Shown here in pieces: positions 7,457 to 16,514 of a stretch of DNA of 39,393 bases. The stretch's first letter is position 1; every line of letters begins with the position of its first letter. The position numbers and the translations under genes were made by a program. The stretch is from Planctomycetota bacterium. GTDB lineage: Bacteria; Planctomycetota; GCA-002687715; DRQF01. The notes beneath the pieces are model-generated. The model was not told where the DNA came from, ran no database searches, and was given only the letters and a program-made list of their open reading frames with translations. Where the stretch lies: positions 1-39,393 of the forward strand of contig JALTLO010000151.1 in assembly GCA_027001995.1 (NCBI GenBank). Direction: 5' to 3'.

Positions 7457-8955
7457 GACTCCTCCTTCGGGATCCGGACAAGGAACTCACTTCCTAAGCC
7501 CTCTCCTCCCGATTTTACCGCAAGTGTGCCCCCGATTTTCTCGACGATTCCTCGAGCAACTGAAAGTCCCAACCCTGTGCCACCAGGCCCGTCCTCTTGG
7601 GCCTTCGTCGAGAAGAAAGGCTCAAAAATGCGCGGGAGATTCCCCTGGGGAATACCTCGACCATGATCTCGGATTGACACAGTTTGATGCTCTTCGGTTT
7701 CCATCATTTCGATGTCAATGAAAGATCCATCCTTACTGGCGTGGAGAGCGTTGATCAACAGATTTAAGAACACCTGTTGCAGGCCACGGCCATCTGTCAC
7801 AACAGGAGACAAAGAGATTGGCTTCAGCTTAATCTCGATTCGTCGTTTGCTAGCCTCAGGTTCGAGGAGGGCCGCAGACTGTTCAACGACTTCCCCCAGA
7901 TCTACTCGGGACTTGATGTGAGGTGTGCCCCGGGAGAAGCGCAGCAGGTTCTCGGTAATCACGAGTGCACGACGAGACGTTTTCTGAATGACCGCCAAAG
8001 CTTGCTTGGAATCTTCGTCTTCAGCATCCTGAGCGAGATCTTCCGCCAAACCTGAGATACCCCCGAGAATATTGTTGAACTCATGAGCCATACCTTTCGC
8101 CATGGTCCCCAAGGCTGCCATTTTCTCACTTTCGACCAATTGGGCCTGGGTCGACTCGAGTTGGTCCACTGTCGCACGCAGCGTCTCATTGGTTCGTTTC
8201 TGCTCGCTTAAGCTATCACGCAGTTCGGCTGTTTTCTGCTCGACTCGCTCTTCTAAGTTTCTGTGTTGAGAAGCAATCTCCTCCGCCATCTTGTTGAAAG
8301 TCAGCGCGAGCTTGTTGATTTCCTCCGACTCCGATTCGGGAATCCTTTGGGCAAGATCACCCGCCCCCATCGATTCGATCACTCGAGTGGCAGCGCTCAA
8401 AGGTAGCACCACCCCCCGATGGAACACCAAGCCAATCAGGACGCCGATCCCTGCCAAGAAAGCCCCACCCCAAAGCAGGAGGTCTCGCTGAAGCGATTTT
8501 GCCAAGACTTCGCCAGCAGCCGTTTGAGCCGACTCCAAGGCATCAAATTCTCGACTCCCCAAGTCGATCGACTCTTGTCGAAACAAGCCTGCAATCACTT
8601 GAGAATTTTCCTCATTGCGCAACCTCCCTTTCTCCAAACGTTCAACAAGGAAATCCAAGAGTAAATCATCCCGCCCTTCAAAGACGTCAAATGGGATGTC
8701 CTCGAATTCCCGTTCCAAATTGGCAGAAAGTTGCTGCACCGCTTGATCCATCAAGCGAGCCTGTCCACTGGCGGTGGTAGCGAGAATTTGACTGACGTGC
8801 TCCCGGCTTTCTGCCAAGAAACTTGACGTTCCTCGACGCTGCTCCTCCACCGAAGTCCTGACGGCCAAGAAACCCCAGGCGACGACCCCGACAACAAAGA
8901 AAAGAAACAAGAAAAGATAGAATCGCTGGGCCATGGAAGTTGGTTTGCTGCTCAC
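7453..8955 (-). CDS. Membrane sensor histidine kinase (2 TM, HAMP, HisKA, HATPase)
   Basis: Two TM helices, HAMP region (GDL..RI...EEI..LA..FN.M), H-box AHEFNN, N-box NLLINA, DHGRGI, FEPFFSTK, GTGLGL. Translationally coupled on both sides. Confidence 0.95.
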   Translation of the reverse strand: MSSKPTSMAQRFYLFLFLFFVVGVVAWGFLAVRTSVEEQRRGTSSFLAESREHVSQILATTASGQARLMDQAVQQLSANLEREFEDIPFDVFEGRDDLLLDFLVERLEKGRLRNEENSQVIAGLFRQESIDLGSREFDALESAQTAAGEVLAKSLQRDLLLWGGAFLAGIGVLIGLVFHRGVVLPLSAATRVIESMGAGDLAQRIPESESEEINKLALTFNKMAEEIASQHRNLEERVEQKTAELRDSLSEQKRTNETLRATVDQLESTQAQLVESEKMAALGTMAKGMAHEFNNILGGISGLAEDLAQDAEDEDSKQALAVIQKTSRRALVITENLLRFSRGTPHIKSRVDLGEVVEQSAALLEPEASKRRIEIKLKPISLSPVVTDGRGLQQVFLNLLINALHASKDGSFIDIEMMETEEHQTVSIRDHGRGIPQGNLPRIFEPFFSTKAQEDGPGGTGLGLSVARGIVEKIGGTLAVKSGGEGLGSEFLVRIPKEES

Positions 8956-9950
8956 TTCTTCACCTCCGCACCGAATAAACGATGGGCCCCAAGAATAAGT
9001 TCGAAGGGGAGCTTCAGGTTGATTCTTCGAGCGGCACCGAGGTCAACAAAAAGCCGAAACGACTTCATGCGGCCAATAGGAATGCTTCCAGGATTGACAC
9101 CGTGAACCAGAATGTCGCGTACCAAAGCAGATGCCTTCAAACCCAACAACTGATAGTCAACCGCGGAGACCACGATGGCTCCACGGCCAGCACAGCGTAA
9201 GGTCGAGGAAAAAATCGGAATTCGCTCTCGACCAGCTTCCTGGACAATCTGGGACAAGGCCGCTTCCTGATACAAGGGGAAATCAATGGGGATCCAAATG
9301 GCGTCAACCCCAGCCAAGTTCTTTCCCAGAGTTTTCCCAACAGTTCTTGCATCCCTTATTTCGAGTTCCGTAAGCATCAGATTTGGTAGAGCCTTCATAG
9401 CCTTCCTGGCTTCAGAAATCTCCGCAGAACTGACAGAATTTCCTGGGCTCTTGAGAACTAAGAGATTCTTGAGAGATGGCAAAGCCAAGCGAAATGCACG
9501 AAGCATTTCTTTGCGATCAAGCCAGTTACTGTTGCCCGCAATGTTTTTCTTGGAACCCGTCCAAGAGGACGTGATACGGGAGAGAACTGGATTTGTGACG
9601 GCAGTAAAAACAATGGGTATTTTCTTTTCCCATGCCTGAATGATCTGAGCCGACTTCGTCCCCAAGGCGACAAAAAGATCAACGCCCTTTTTCTTTGCTT
9701 GGACCAGAAGTTTCTTGGCCTTGACTTTGTTTCCTTTGGCTCGAAGCTCCACCAGTCCTTCCCCCATTCCCATCGCTTTGAGTCCTCTTTTGAGCCCATC
9801 TAAAGCAGCGATGTCATTAGGGGATTCATGCCACATGAGAACAGCGATCCGCCACTTCGTTTTACCTGGTGCGGCGGGGCTTTGCCCGGCCACAAAGGAG
9901 GATCCTTGGAGAATCAAAAGCACCAAAGAGATCAGAAATCCCACGTTCAT
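8952..9950 (-). CDS. Periplasmic substrate-binding protein (ABC_sub_bind / type 1 PBP family), no cognate transporter adjacent
   Basis: Signal peptide. 'DLFVALGT', 'IPIVFTAVTNPV', 'VDY..LG..A' and 'VDL.AARRINL.LP' are typical of this family. Confidence 0.85.
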   Translation of the reverse strand: MNVGFLISLVLLILQGSSFVAGQSPAAPGKTKWRIAVLMWHESPNDIAALDGLKRGLKAMGMGEGLVELRAKGNKVKAKKLLVQAKKKGVDLFVALGTKSAQIIQAWEKKIPIVFTAVTNPVLSRITSSWTGSKKNIAGNSNWLDRKEMLRAFRLALPSLKNLLVLKSPGNSVSSAEISEARKAMKALPNLMLTELEIRDARTVGKTLGKNLAGVDAIWIPIDFPLYQEAALSQIVQEAGRERIPIFSSTLRCAGRGAIVVSAVDYQLLGLKASALVRDILVHGVNPGSIPIGRMKSFRLFVDLGAARRINLKLPFELILGAHRLFGAEVKK

Positions 9951-9951
9951 G

Positions 9952-10479
9952 TCAAACTCCTAACCCCAGTCGCGCCACCATGGACAGAGTAATGCCATCA
10001 GTCAGTTCGCCACTTTGAACCAGCTCTCGAACGTCTCCTGGGGCCAATCGCTCAACCGTCAAGCATTCGAAGGTTTCCAGGGCGGCTTCGGTCTCAGAGA
10101 GCCCCTCCGCTCGATACAGATGAATCCGATGCCGACAAATCCCTGCGAGAGGAAAAACGTGGCCCAAAGATGTCATGGAAGCCGCCCGGAGTCCTACTTC
10201 TTCTGCCAATTCCCGACGCCCCCCCAGAACAACGTCCTCTCCTGGCTCCACTCGTCCCGCGGGAAATTCCCACATCCAATCCCCCACCGCGTGGCGATAT
10301 TGCCGAATCATCGTCACCGTACCGTCTTCGTGGATAGGAGCCACGGCCACCCCATCTAAAATAGACACCACCGTCCAGGGTGATCGATCTCCCTGAGGCG
10401 TTTGAATTTCTTCCTTCAAGAGCGCCAGAATCGGATTTTGGTGAACAACTTGAGAACTGAGAGTTTTCCATTCAGACAT
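9952..10479 (-). CDS. NUDIX hydrolase (ADP-ribose pyrophosphatase-like)
   Basis: Nudix box GRVEPGEDVVLGGRRELAEEVG, preceded by 'IRQYRH' and 'EFPAG'. Confidence 0.92.
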   Translation of the reverse strand: MSEWKTLSSQVVHQNPILALLKEEIQTPQGDRSPWTVVSILDGVAVAPIHEDGTVTMIRQYRHAVGDWMWEFPAGRVEPGEDVVLGGRRELAEEVGLRAASMTSLGHVFPLAGICRHRIHLYRAEGLSETEAALETFECLTVERLAPGDVRELVQSGELTDGITLSMVARLGLGV

Positions 10480-10683
10480 ATCGCATAAGCCTTTTTCTGC
10501 ACAATTGGGCCAAGAAGTGCAGCTTACCCCGTTTTTCTTGCCTTGAATGCCCCTTATTACCTAATGTTAGACCTGCTGGCTTTGCCGAAAGCATAGAGTA
10601 GGGGTATTCCGCACTGTTCGCGCCTAGGAACTCCCGCGAGCCCCGGACCGAGATGGGAACACGAATAAGATTAAGGTGGAAGA

Positions 10684-11253
10684 ATGACTCTCAAGAATGA
10701 CATACACGGCATTTTCACTGTTTTGGCCCTCCTTCTCATCGGGACATCAGTTTCGGCGCAAATCCAGCAAATTGCGACTCCAGCTTTGAGCCCTTTTCAC
10801 AACCGCAACACCCTGCCAGCCCAGGGCCCAGCTTATAACGTCGGCCCCAATGGCAATAGCCCAGGAGCTCTGAGCATCCCTTCGATCATGTCAGTCAAAC
10901 GCCCGTTGCCACGAAAACCCGTGCAACCGGTTTTTGTCATGAAGGGCATTAACCTGGGGAAAGATCCTGTAGTTCAAGCCATCGATCTGAAAATGAAGGA
11001 ACTCTCCACCCAACTCATTGCTGCTCGCACGAAAAGGGACAATCGCCTGGCCATGAAGTTTGCCCGCAAAATGGAACTCAATCGCCAAGAGCTTCTGCGG
11101 CACCTGAGAAAGGTGGCACCGGTCAAGCGCAGCTATGCGCCCTTGCCGAAGGCTCCCGATCTCCCCACATTGCCACCGGCAAACACCACGACCGAAGAAG
11201 AGATGCCCCTTCTGCCTATGCCCAAGATGCCCGGAACAAAAAAAGGCAAATAG
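10684..11253 (+). CDS. Hypothetical secreted Pro-rich protein with central helical segment
   Basis: AAGGTGG upstream of the ATG, signal peptide (VSA-Q), followed by an intrinsic terminator. Confidence 0.7.
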   Translation: MTLKNDIHGIFTVLALLLIGTSVSAQIQQIATPALSPFHNRNTLPAQGPAYNVGPNGNSPGALSIPSIMSVKRPLPRKPVQPVFVMKGINLGKDPVVQAIDLKMKELSTQLIAARTKRDNRLAMKFARKMELNRQELLRHLRKVAPVKRSYAPLPKAPDLPTLPPANTTTEEEMPLLPMPKMPGTKKGK

Positions 11254-11278
11254 AGCAGAAATCAGAACCAATAAATCC

Positions 11279-11314
11279 AAGGGAGCCACGACGCTGAGCG
11301 TTGTGGCTCTTTTT
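11279..11314 (+). terminator. Rho-independent terminator
   Basis: GAGCCACGACGC-TGA-GCGTTGTGGCTC followed by TTTTT, directly after the 11253 stop. Confidence 0.85.
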
Positions 11315-11520
11315 CTGGTTGCCAACCTTTGAAATGGGGAAAAAGCCCCCCTTAACGTGGGCCCGATCATGGTATCCTCTTCTTGCTGGATGAGCGGAAT
11401 TGTGCAAATACTATGGCTGCGCTGCGAATTGATTGGGTCCAAACCGCGAACCCAAGAATTAGGTTCACTCGATCTCAGAAAAATGCGTTTCACCGGATGC
11501 AACCGAAACAAGAGACTTTC

Positions 11521-13104
11521 ATGAAGACAGGTAAACTTCGACGCGGGCCAACGCCGCCATTACTGGTGATAATAATCGCTTGCCTTGTCTCCCTGACAAC
11601 TTCGTCCTGGGGGCAAGGAGGAGATGTGAGCCGGGAGCTCGTTATTGGAGAACGATTCGAGCAGGTGATTCTCGTTCGTTTAGGCAAGAATCGAGTCGTA
11701 AATGAATTCTTGGCCACACAGATCGAAAAAGAAATCGAGGCTGTGGCCCATCTGGAAAACGCCGCCCTTGTCTTCGAAATTGACTCCGGCGGTGGCGATG
11801 TGGACGCTGCTACCGAAATCACCGACCTCATCCGCAGTTATCAAGATTCTGACCGACTCCGCATTTTTGCCTATGTTCCTAACCATGCCTATTCGGCAGC
11901 GGCTTGGATCGCATTTGCCTGTCGAGGACTAATCATAGCCCCTGAAGCCACCATTGGCGATATTCAACCGCTCATTCGGGGATTCCAAGGCTACGAACGA
12001 GCTCCAGAAAAAATCGTCACAGTGATTGCTGAGCAATTTCGTCTGAGCTGCCGGAGCAATGGACTGAAAGTGCGCTACCCCAGCCTTTTCTTGGAGGCCA
12101 TGGTCGACAAGGACATCGAGATCGTCGAGGTGGAGAATCGCAAACTAGGAACCACCCATTACATGCGGGCTGACACTTGGAATGCCATGCCCGAAGCACA
12201 GAAGGACGGTTTATCGGCCAACTTTATCGTTGGCCTTCCAGGAAAGGCCCTCACGACGAATGGAAGAAGGCTCCTTGATTTCGGTTTCGCCGTCAAACTG
12301 ATGGAAGGAAATCACGAAAAGTTGATCGACATTTTGGGGGCCCCGAATGCCAAGCTGCAAATCAAAGAAGTCGAGCAGCCCAGAGAATTCGCCTTCCCGG
12401 AATTCGACATCTCCATGGTCCTCCTCATAGCGGGAATCATACTTCTCGTCCTGGAGCTGAAAACACCAGGCTTGGGCATTTTCGGCGTTGGCGGAATTTT
12501 GGCCATTATCATGTTCTTCTTGGTCCGGGCCGAATTCTCGGATGCGGCTCTTTGGCCCACGGCTTTGTTCTTGGTGGGAGTTTTCCTGCTCGTGGTTGAA
12601 GTCGCCATCTTGCCCGGCCTCATCGCTCCAGGCCTGATAGGCTTAGCCCTCATCCTTTTCGCTACCTGGAGTTCCGTGGCGCATCCAGGCGAAACCGGAT
12701 TACCACCCTTTCCAGATTTAGCCAACGACGCAGATTCCCAATCTGTTCGAATTTGGGCAAGCTCCCTGATTGGCGGACTCTTGGGAGGATTTAGTTTTAC
12801 TTTTATTCTGGGCAAATTCCTCCACCGCTTGCCCTTCCTCAACAACCTGATCATGCTGAAACCGAAGAGCGGTGCAGACAAGTCTCCTTCCAACAGACCT
12901 CAAACCAACCGTTTGGCCTCCGAAGGCGAAACAGGTTCGGCGATCACAGACTTGCGACCCAGCGGAGTCGCAAATATTGGCGGCAAAAGAGTGAATGTTG
13001 TGACTCAAGGCAAATTCGTCGAAGCCGGCTCCCCCATTCGTGTCCTCAGTACTTCGGGTAACCGAATTGTGGTCAAAGAGATCAAAACAGGCGAAGACCA
13101 ATGA
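11521..13104 (+). CDS. nfeD: Long NfeD-family membrane-bound ClpP-class serine protease
   Basis: 'EIDSGGGDV', 'AYSAAAWIA' (catalytic Ser region) and 'APEKI' (Lys); TM region 'LELKTPGLG'; C-terminal OB fold 'G.AITDLRPSG.A.IGG.RV.VVT.G.FV..G'. ATG 11521 precedes the signal peptide, whereas the ORF track starts at 11383. Confidence 0.88.
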   Translation: MKTGKLRRGPTPPLLVIIIACLVSLTTSSWGQGGDVSRELVIGERFEQVILVRLGKNRVVNEFLATQIEKEIEAVAHLENAALVFEIDSGGGDVDAATEITDLIRSYQDSDRLRIFAYVPNHAYSAAAWIAFACRGLIIAPEATIGDIQPLIRGFQGYERAPEKIVTVIAEQFRLSCRSNGLKVRYPSLFLEAMVDKDIEIVEVENRKLGTTHYMRADTWNAMPEAQKDGLSANFIVGLPGKALTTNGRRLLDFGFAVKLMEGNHEKLIDILGAPNAKLQIKEVEQPREFAFPEFDISMVLLIAGIILLVLELKTPGLGIFGVGGILAIIMFFLVRAEFSDAALWPTALFLVGVFLLVVEVAILPGLIAPGLIGLALILFATWSSVAHPGETGLPPFPDLANDADSQSVRIWASSLIGGLLGGFSFTFILGKFLHRLPFLNNLIMLKPKSGADKSPSNRPQTNRLASEGETGSAITDLRPSGVANIGGKRVNVVTQGKFVEAGSPIRVLSTSGNRIVVKEIKTGEDQ

Positions 13105-13595
13105 CCCTCATTATTGTCATGTTCATGGTGGCTACACTTCTCATCATCGCGGAAGTGATGTTTCCCAGCTTCGGACTTTTGGGAATGTTAGCGGCAGGCT
13201 CCTTCCTTGTGGCCATTCTGGAATCATTCACCATGGGAGATCAACAAGGCTACATCGCCGTAGGGGCCGCCGTGGTTGTCATTCCCTGTGCAATAGCCGG
13301 GGGCTCTTATATCCTCAACCACACCCCTTTGGGAAATCGACTCATCCTAAAAGGGCCAGACCACGAACAATTGCAAGGACAAGGGGCTGATAAGTCTCTT
13401 GCCTCATTTGTTGGTAAGATCGGCATGGCTCAAACACCCCTCGCTCCTGGGGGTACAGTGGAAATAGGAGACATTACATTCAGCGCCGTCTCCCACGGCG
13501 AGTTCATTGACCAGGGCACACCGGTACGTGTGATCCAGGTAAAAGGCAATCGCGTTGTCGTGGCGAGCGACAAGGAAACAGATTCAAGCTCTTAG
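13101..13595 (+). CDS. Short NfeD-family protein
   Basis: Three TM helices ('[12 protein letters not shown]') plus OB fold 'GKIG.A.TPL.PGG.V.I.....AVS.GEFI..G..V.V'. ATGA coupling. Confidence 0.88.
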   Translation: MTLIIVMFMVATLLIIAEVMFPSFGLLGMLAAGSFLVAILESFTMGDQQGYIAVGAAVVVIPCAIAGGSYILNHTPLGNRLILKGPDHEQLQGQGADKSLASFVGKIGMAQTPLAPGGTVEIGDITFSAVSHGEFIDQGTPVRVIQVKGNRVVVASDKETDSSS

Positions 13596-13606
13596 AGGAG
13601 GTCATC

Positions 13607-14623
13607 ATGCCCATTTTCTTAGTTGATCAAGCCGTCATCCTGATTATCGTTTTGGCAGCGGTATTCTTCTTAATTTTCATTTTCGTCGTCAAATACCTGA
13701 ATCTCTACATTCGTTCTCTGTTCGCGCGGGCCGAGATCGGCATCCTCGAACTCATCGGAATGTCCCTCAGAAAAGTGCGGCCCGCAATCATCGTAGACGC
13801 CAGGATTCGCATTGTTCAAGCTGGTCTCAGCACCTCCCGCAGTGACTTGGAAACCCATTACCTTGCAGGAGGCAATGTTCCCAAGGTTGTTTCGGCTTTA
13901 ATCGCTGCAGACCGGGCAGACATTGAGTTGTCCTTTCCCCAAGCTGCGGCCATCGACTTGGCTGGCCGGGATATCCTAGAAGCCGTTCGCACCTCGGTCA
14001 ACCCCAAAGTCATCGACTGCCCTGATAGCACCAAAGGAAACCGAAAGATCTCTGCTGTGGCTGGAGACGGCATTGAGCTTCTCGCTTCTGCCCGTGTGAC
14101 TGTACGAGCCAACCTAGCCAGCCTCGTCGGTGGTGCTACAGAGGAAACCATTATCGCCCGTGTGCAAGAAGGTATTCTCACCACAATCGGCTCAGCCAAG
14201 AATCACTTCACCGTTCTTGAGAACCCAGACATGATTTCACGGCAAGTGCTGGGCAAGGGTCTGGATGCCAACACCGCCTTCGAGATCTTGTCCATTGATA
14301 TCGCCGACATTGACGTTGGCCGCAACATTCGCTCTCAACTGCAGATCGATCAAGCGGAAGCCGACAAACGGGTTGCTCAAGCAAAGGCCGAAGAAAGAAA
14401 AGCCATGGCCATCGCCGAAGAGCGGGAAATGGTGGCCCACACCCAACAAAATCGCGCCAAAGTGGTGGCCGCAGAAGCAGAGATCCCCATGGCGATCGCC
14501 GAAGCCTTCCGTAGCGGCAACCTGGGAGTCTTGGACTTCTACAAGCTCAAGAATATTCAAGCTGACACAGCCATGCGTGACGCCATTTCTCATGACGACA
14601 ACATCAGCGATGACGATGAGTAG
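13607..14623 (+). CDS. floA: Flotillin-like protein FloA (YqfA/UPF0365)
   Basis: Signatures 'LIGM.LRKV.P', '[10 protein letters not shown]', 'AIDLAGRD', '[13 protein letters not shown]', '[20 protein letters not shown]', 'A.AEER.AMA.A.E.EM'. SD AGAGGAGG. Confidence 0.95.
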   Translation: MPIFLVDQAVILIIVLAAVFFLIFIFVVKYLNLYIRSLFARAEIGILELIGMSLRKVRPAIIVDARIRIVQAGLSTSRSDLETHYLAGGNVPKVVSALIAADRADIELSFPQAAAIDLAGRDILEAVRTSVNPKVIDCPDSTKGNRKISAVAGDGIELLASARVTVRANLASLVGGATEETIIARVQEGILTTIGSAKNHFTVLENPDMISRQVLGKGLDANTAFEILSIDIADIDVGRNIRSQLQIDQAEADKRVAQAKAEERKAMAIAEEREMVAHTQQNRAKVVAAEAEIPMAIAEAFRSGNLGVLDFYKLKNIQADTAMRDAISHDDNISDDDE

Positions 14624-14676
14624 TCAGAAGAGTTGACTTGTGATCCAAAGAAAAATTGACTTCATAGGCTGGTAAG

Positions 14677-15333
14677 ATGGACATAGACGACTTTATCAAG
14701 CTCATCCTCTTTGTCGCCTTCTTTGTTCTTCCGCCAATTCTTAAGGCGAAAGAACAAGGACGCAACCAAAGACCAGGATCGAAGCCCAATCGCAATCCTC
14801 AGAAACGCCCGGCGCCCAAGACAGGGCAAACTCTGTCGGAATGGATGGAAGAAGTACGCCGTGCAAGCGAGCGTTCGAAGGAAGAAGAGCCAGAGGTCGT
14901 CAAACCCATAGATCCACCGCCGATAAGAGAACGTCAGACTGCCCAGGCTCCTGCTCCCAGAGAGCAACAAAAAAGTCGAAATATCTCCCCCGTCCAAGCG
15001 CATGTTTCCCCCGTAGAAGTCGACATCAAAGCCCATGTGCGCCCGGTAAAAGTGGATATTCAGGCCCACGTCGATCCCATACGTTCTCGTTTTGGGTCAA
15101 TCGACGAGTTAGAGCCAACAAGTGATGACAAACGTGCCCGCGACCACGCGCGACTGGCCAAAGGAGCCAAGAGAGCCAAACGCGCTGGTGGCAGAACAGT
15201 CCGGGCGAGACGATCTTCCGGCCGAAGAAAAGCTGGCATCCAAGTCAGACTCTCGGAGATGAAACGAGCCATGGTGTTGCAAGAGCTCTTAATGCCACCC
15301 ATAGCACTCCGTGAGGATCAAGATCGTCTATGA
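14677..15333 (+). CDS. YqfB-like protein of floA operons (N-terminal TM, disordered middle, conserved C-terminal motif)
   Basis: N-terminal TM and C-terminal 'MKRAMVLQELLMPPIALR', resembling the 'A...EIL.PP.A' motif of the gene that follows floA. Position in the operon fits. Confidence 0.7.
   Translation: MDIDDFIKLILFVAFFVLPPILKAKEQGRNQRPGSKPNRNPQKRPAPKTGQTLSEWMEEVRRASERSKEEEPEVVKPIDPPPIRERQTAQAPAPREQQKSRNISPVQAHVSPVEVDIKAHVRPVKVDIQAHVDPIRSRFGSIDELEPTSDDKRARDHARLAKGAKRAKRAGGRTVRARRSSGRRKAGIQVRLSEMKRAMVLQELLMPPIALREDQDRL
14995..15081 (+). repeat. In-frame 33-bp (11-aa) degenerate tandem repeat, about 2.6 copies
   Basis: QAHVSPVEVDI / KAHVRPVKVDI / QAHVDPI, with His codons at 15001, 15034 and 15067. 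Confidence 0.85.
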
Positions 15334-15707
15334 ATGACCACACGACGCTCAAGTTGGCCGAAGAACTGCTTCGAGAATTTCGAGACAGGCTCTATCTCGA
15401 TACCGCTCAGATTCGCAAGATTCTGGAGGGGGAAGAAGAGCTTGTGACGCGCTGCTTAGACTTTCTTGTTGGTCGGGATGAGCTCATGATGGCCGCCGGC
15501 CGCTCCCCCTTGTTTTACCATCGAAACAACGTGATCCGTGCCATGATCAAGGAAATGGAAGGCAAGGGTTTCATGGACGCTGAGCTCATTGCCATGAATG
15601 TCGGCATTCCCATCGCGACCACCTGTGAAATCCTTGGGTGGTTAGAAAGAGACAACCGAGTTCAAGCCAAGCATGTAGGAGAAGACGTCCTCTTTTGCTG
15701 CCGTTGA
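15330..15707 (+). CDS. Hypothetical 125-aa protein, probable tandem winged-helix
   Basis: ATGA overlap with the upstream gene and a GAGGA upstream. Two roughly 60-aa halves, each with a helix-strand-helix-helix-hairpin pattern. Confidence 0.7.
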   Translation: MNDHTTLKLAEELLREFRDRLYLDTAQIRKILEGEEELVTRCLDFLVGRDELMMAAGRSPLFYHRNNVIRAMIKEMEGKGFMDAELIAMNVGIPIATTCEILGWLERDNRVQAKHVGEDVLFCCR

Positions 15708-15731
15708 TTTCGGTCTTGCCTTGTTCCTAAG

Positions 15732-16514
15732 CTAATCTGAAACAACGTTCTGGGAGGGAGTCGATGGCATTCGGTGCTCGACAAAGCCACCATCAGTTAA
15801 TGCCAAGATCCGTGATGCATAGAATTCAAGACTCTTGTCATGAGTTACGACGATCATGGTTTGTCCAGTTTCTTGGGCCAACTTGGCAATGAGCTCGTGA
15901 ATGGCATCCGAGGTCTTGACATCCAAGTTCCCCGTTGGCTCATCGCACAACATGATTGAGGGCTCGTTAAACAGAGCGCGGGCTAGAGCAACCCGTTGAC
16001 GCTCTCCCCCGGAAAGTTGGTTGGGCCGATGCTCGGCACGGTCGGCGATGCCAACAAGATCAAGCAGATATCGCGCCCTTTCCCTCGATTCCTTCTTGCG
16101 ACTCATCCAGGCAAGGGGACCGTGCTCAATCTTCCCAGACATCATGATGTTCTCCACCGCCGTGAACTCCGGGAGGAGATGATAGAACTGAAACACGAAG
16201 CCGATCTTTTCGGCCCTTGTATGGGCTTTTGCCTTCCGTGACAATTTCTGAACGTCAACACCATCCAAGAGCAAAGTGCCCCTGTCCGGGTGATCAAGAA
16301 GGCCCAAAATATGCAAGAATGTGCTCTTGCCAATGCCACTCTGGCCTTTGATCAAGAGAAATTCACCCCTGGCCACATCCAAATTGGCACCACTCAACAC
16401 AGTCAGGCGATTGCCATCCGGCAAGGCAAAACTCTTGTGCAAGTCTTCAACTTGATAGACCAAATCTTGGGGCTTTTCTATGACCCCGTCTTCGTTTTGA
16501 TGGTGGTTACTCAT
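15732..16514 (-). CDS. lolD: Lipoprotein-releasing ABC transporter ATP-binding protein
   Basis: GQSGIGKST, 'GFVFQFYHLLPEFTA.EN', LSGGERQR, 'CDEPTGNLD', 'VVTHD'; overlaps the lolC/E gene. Confidence 0.9.
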   Translation of the reverse strand: MSNHHQNEDGVIEKPQDLVYQVEDLHKSFALPDGNRLTVLSGANLDVARGEFLLIKGQSGIGKSTFLHILGLLDHPDRGTLLLDGVDVQKLSRKAKAHTRAEKIGFVFQFYHLLPEFTAVENIMMSGKIEHGPLAWMSRKKESRERARYLLDLVGIADRAEHRPNQLSGGERQRVALARALFNEPSIMLCDEPTGNLDVKTSDAIHELIAKLAQETGQTMIVVTHDKSLEFYASRILALTDGGFVEHRMPSTPSQNVVSD

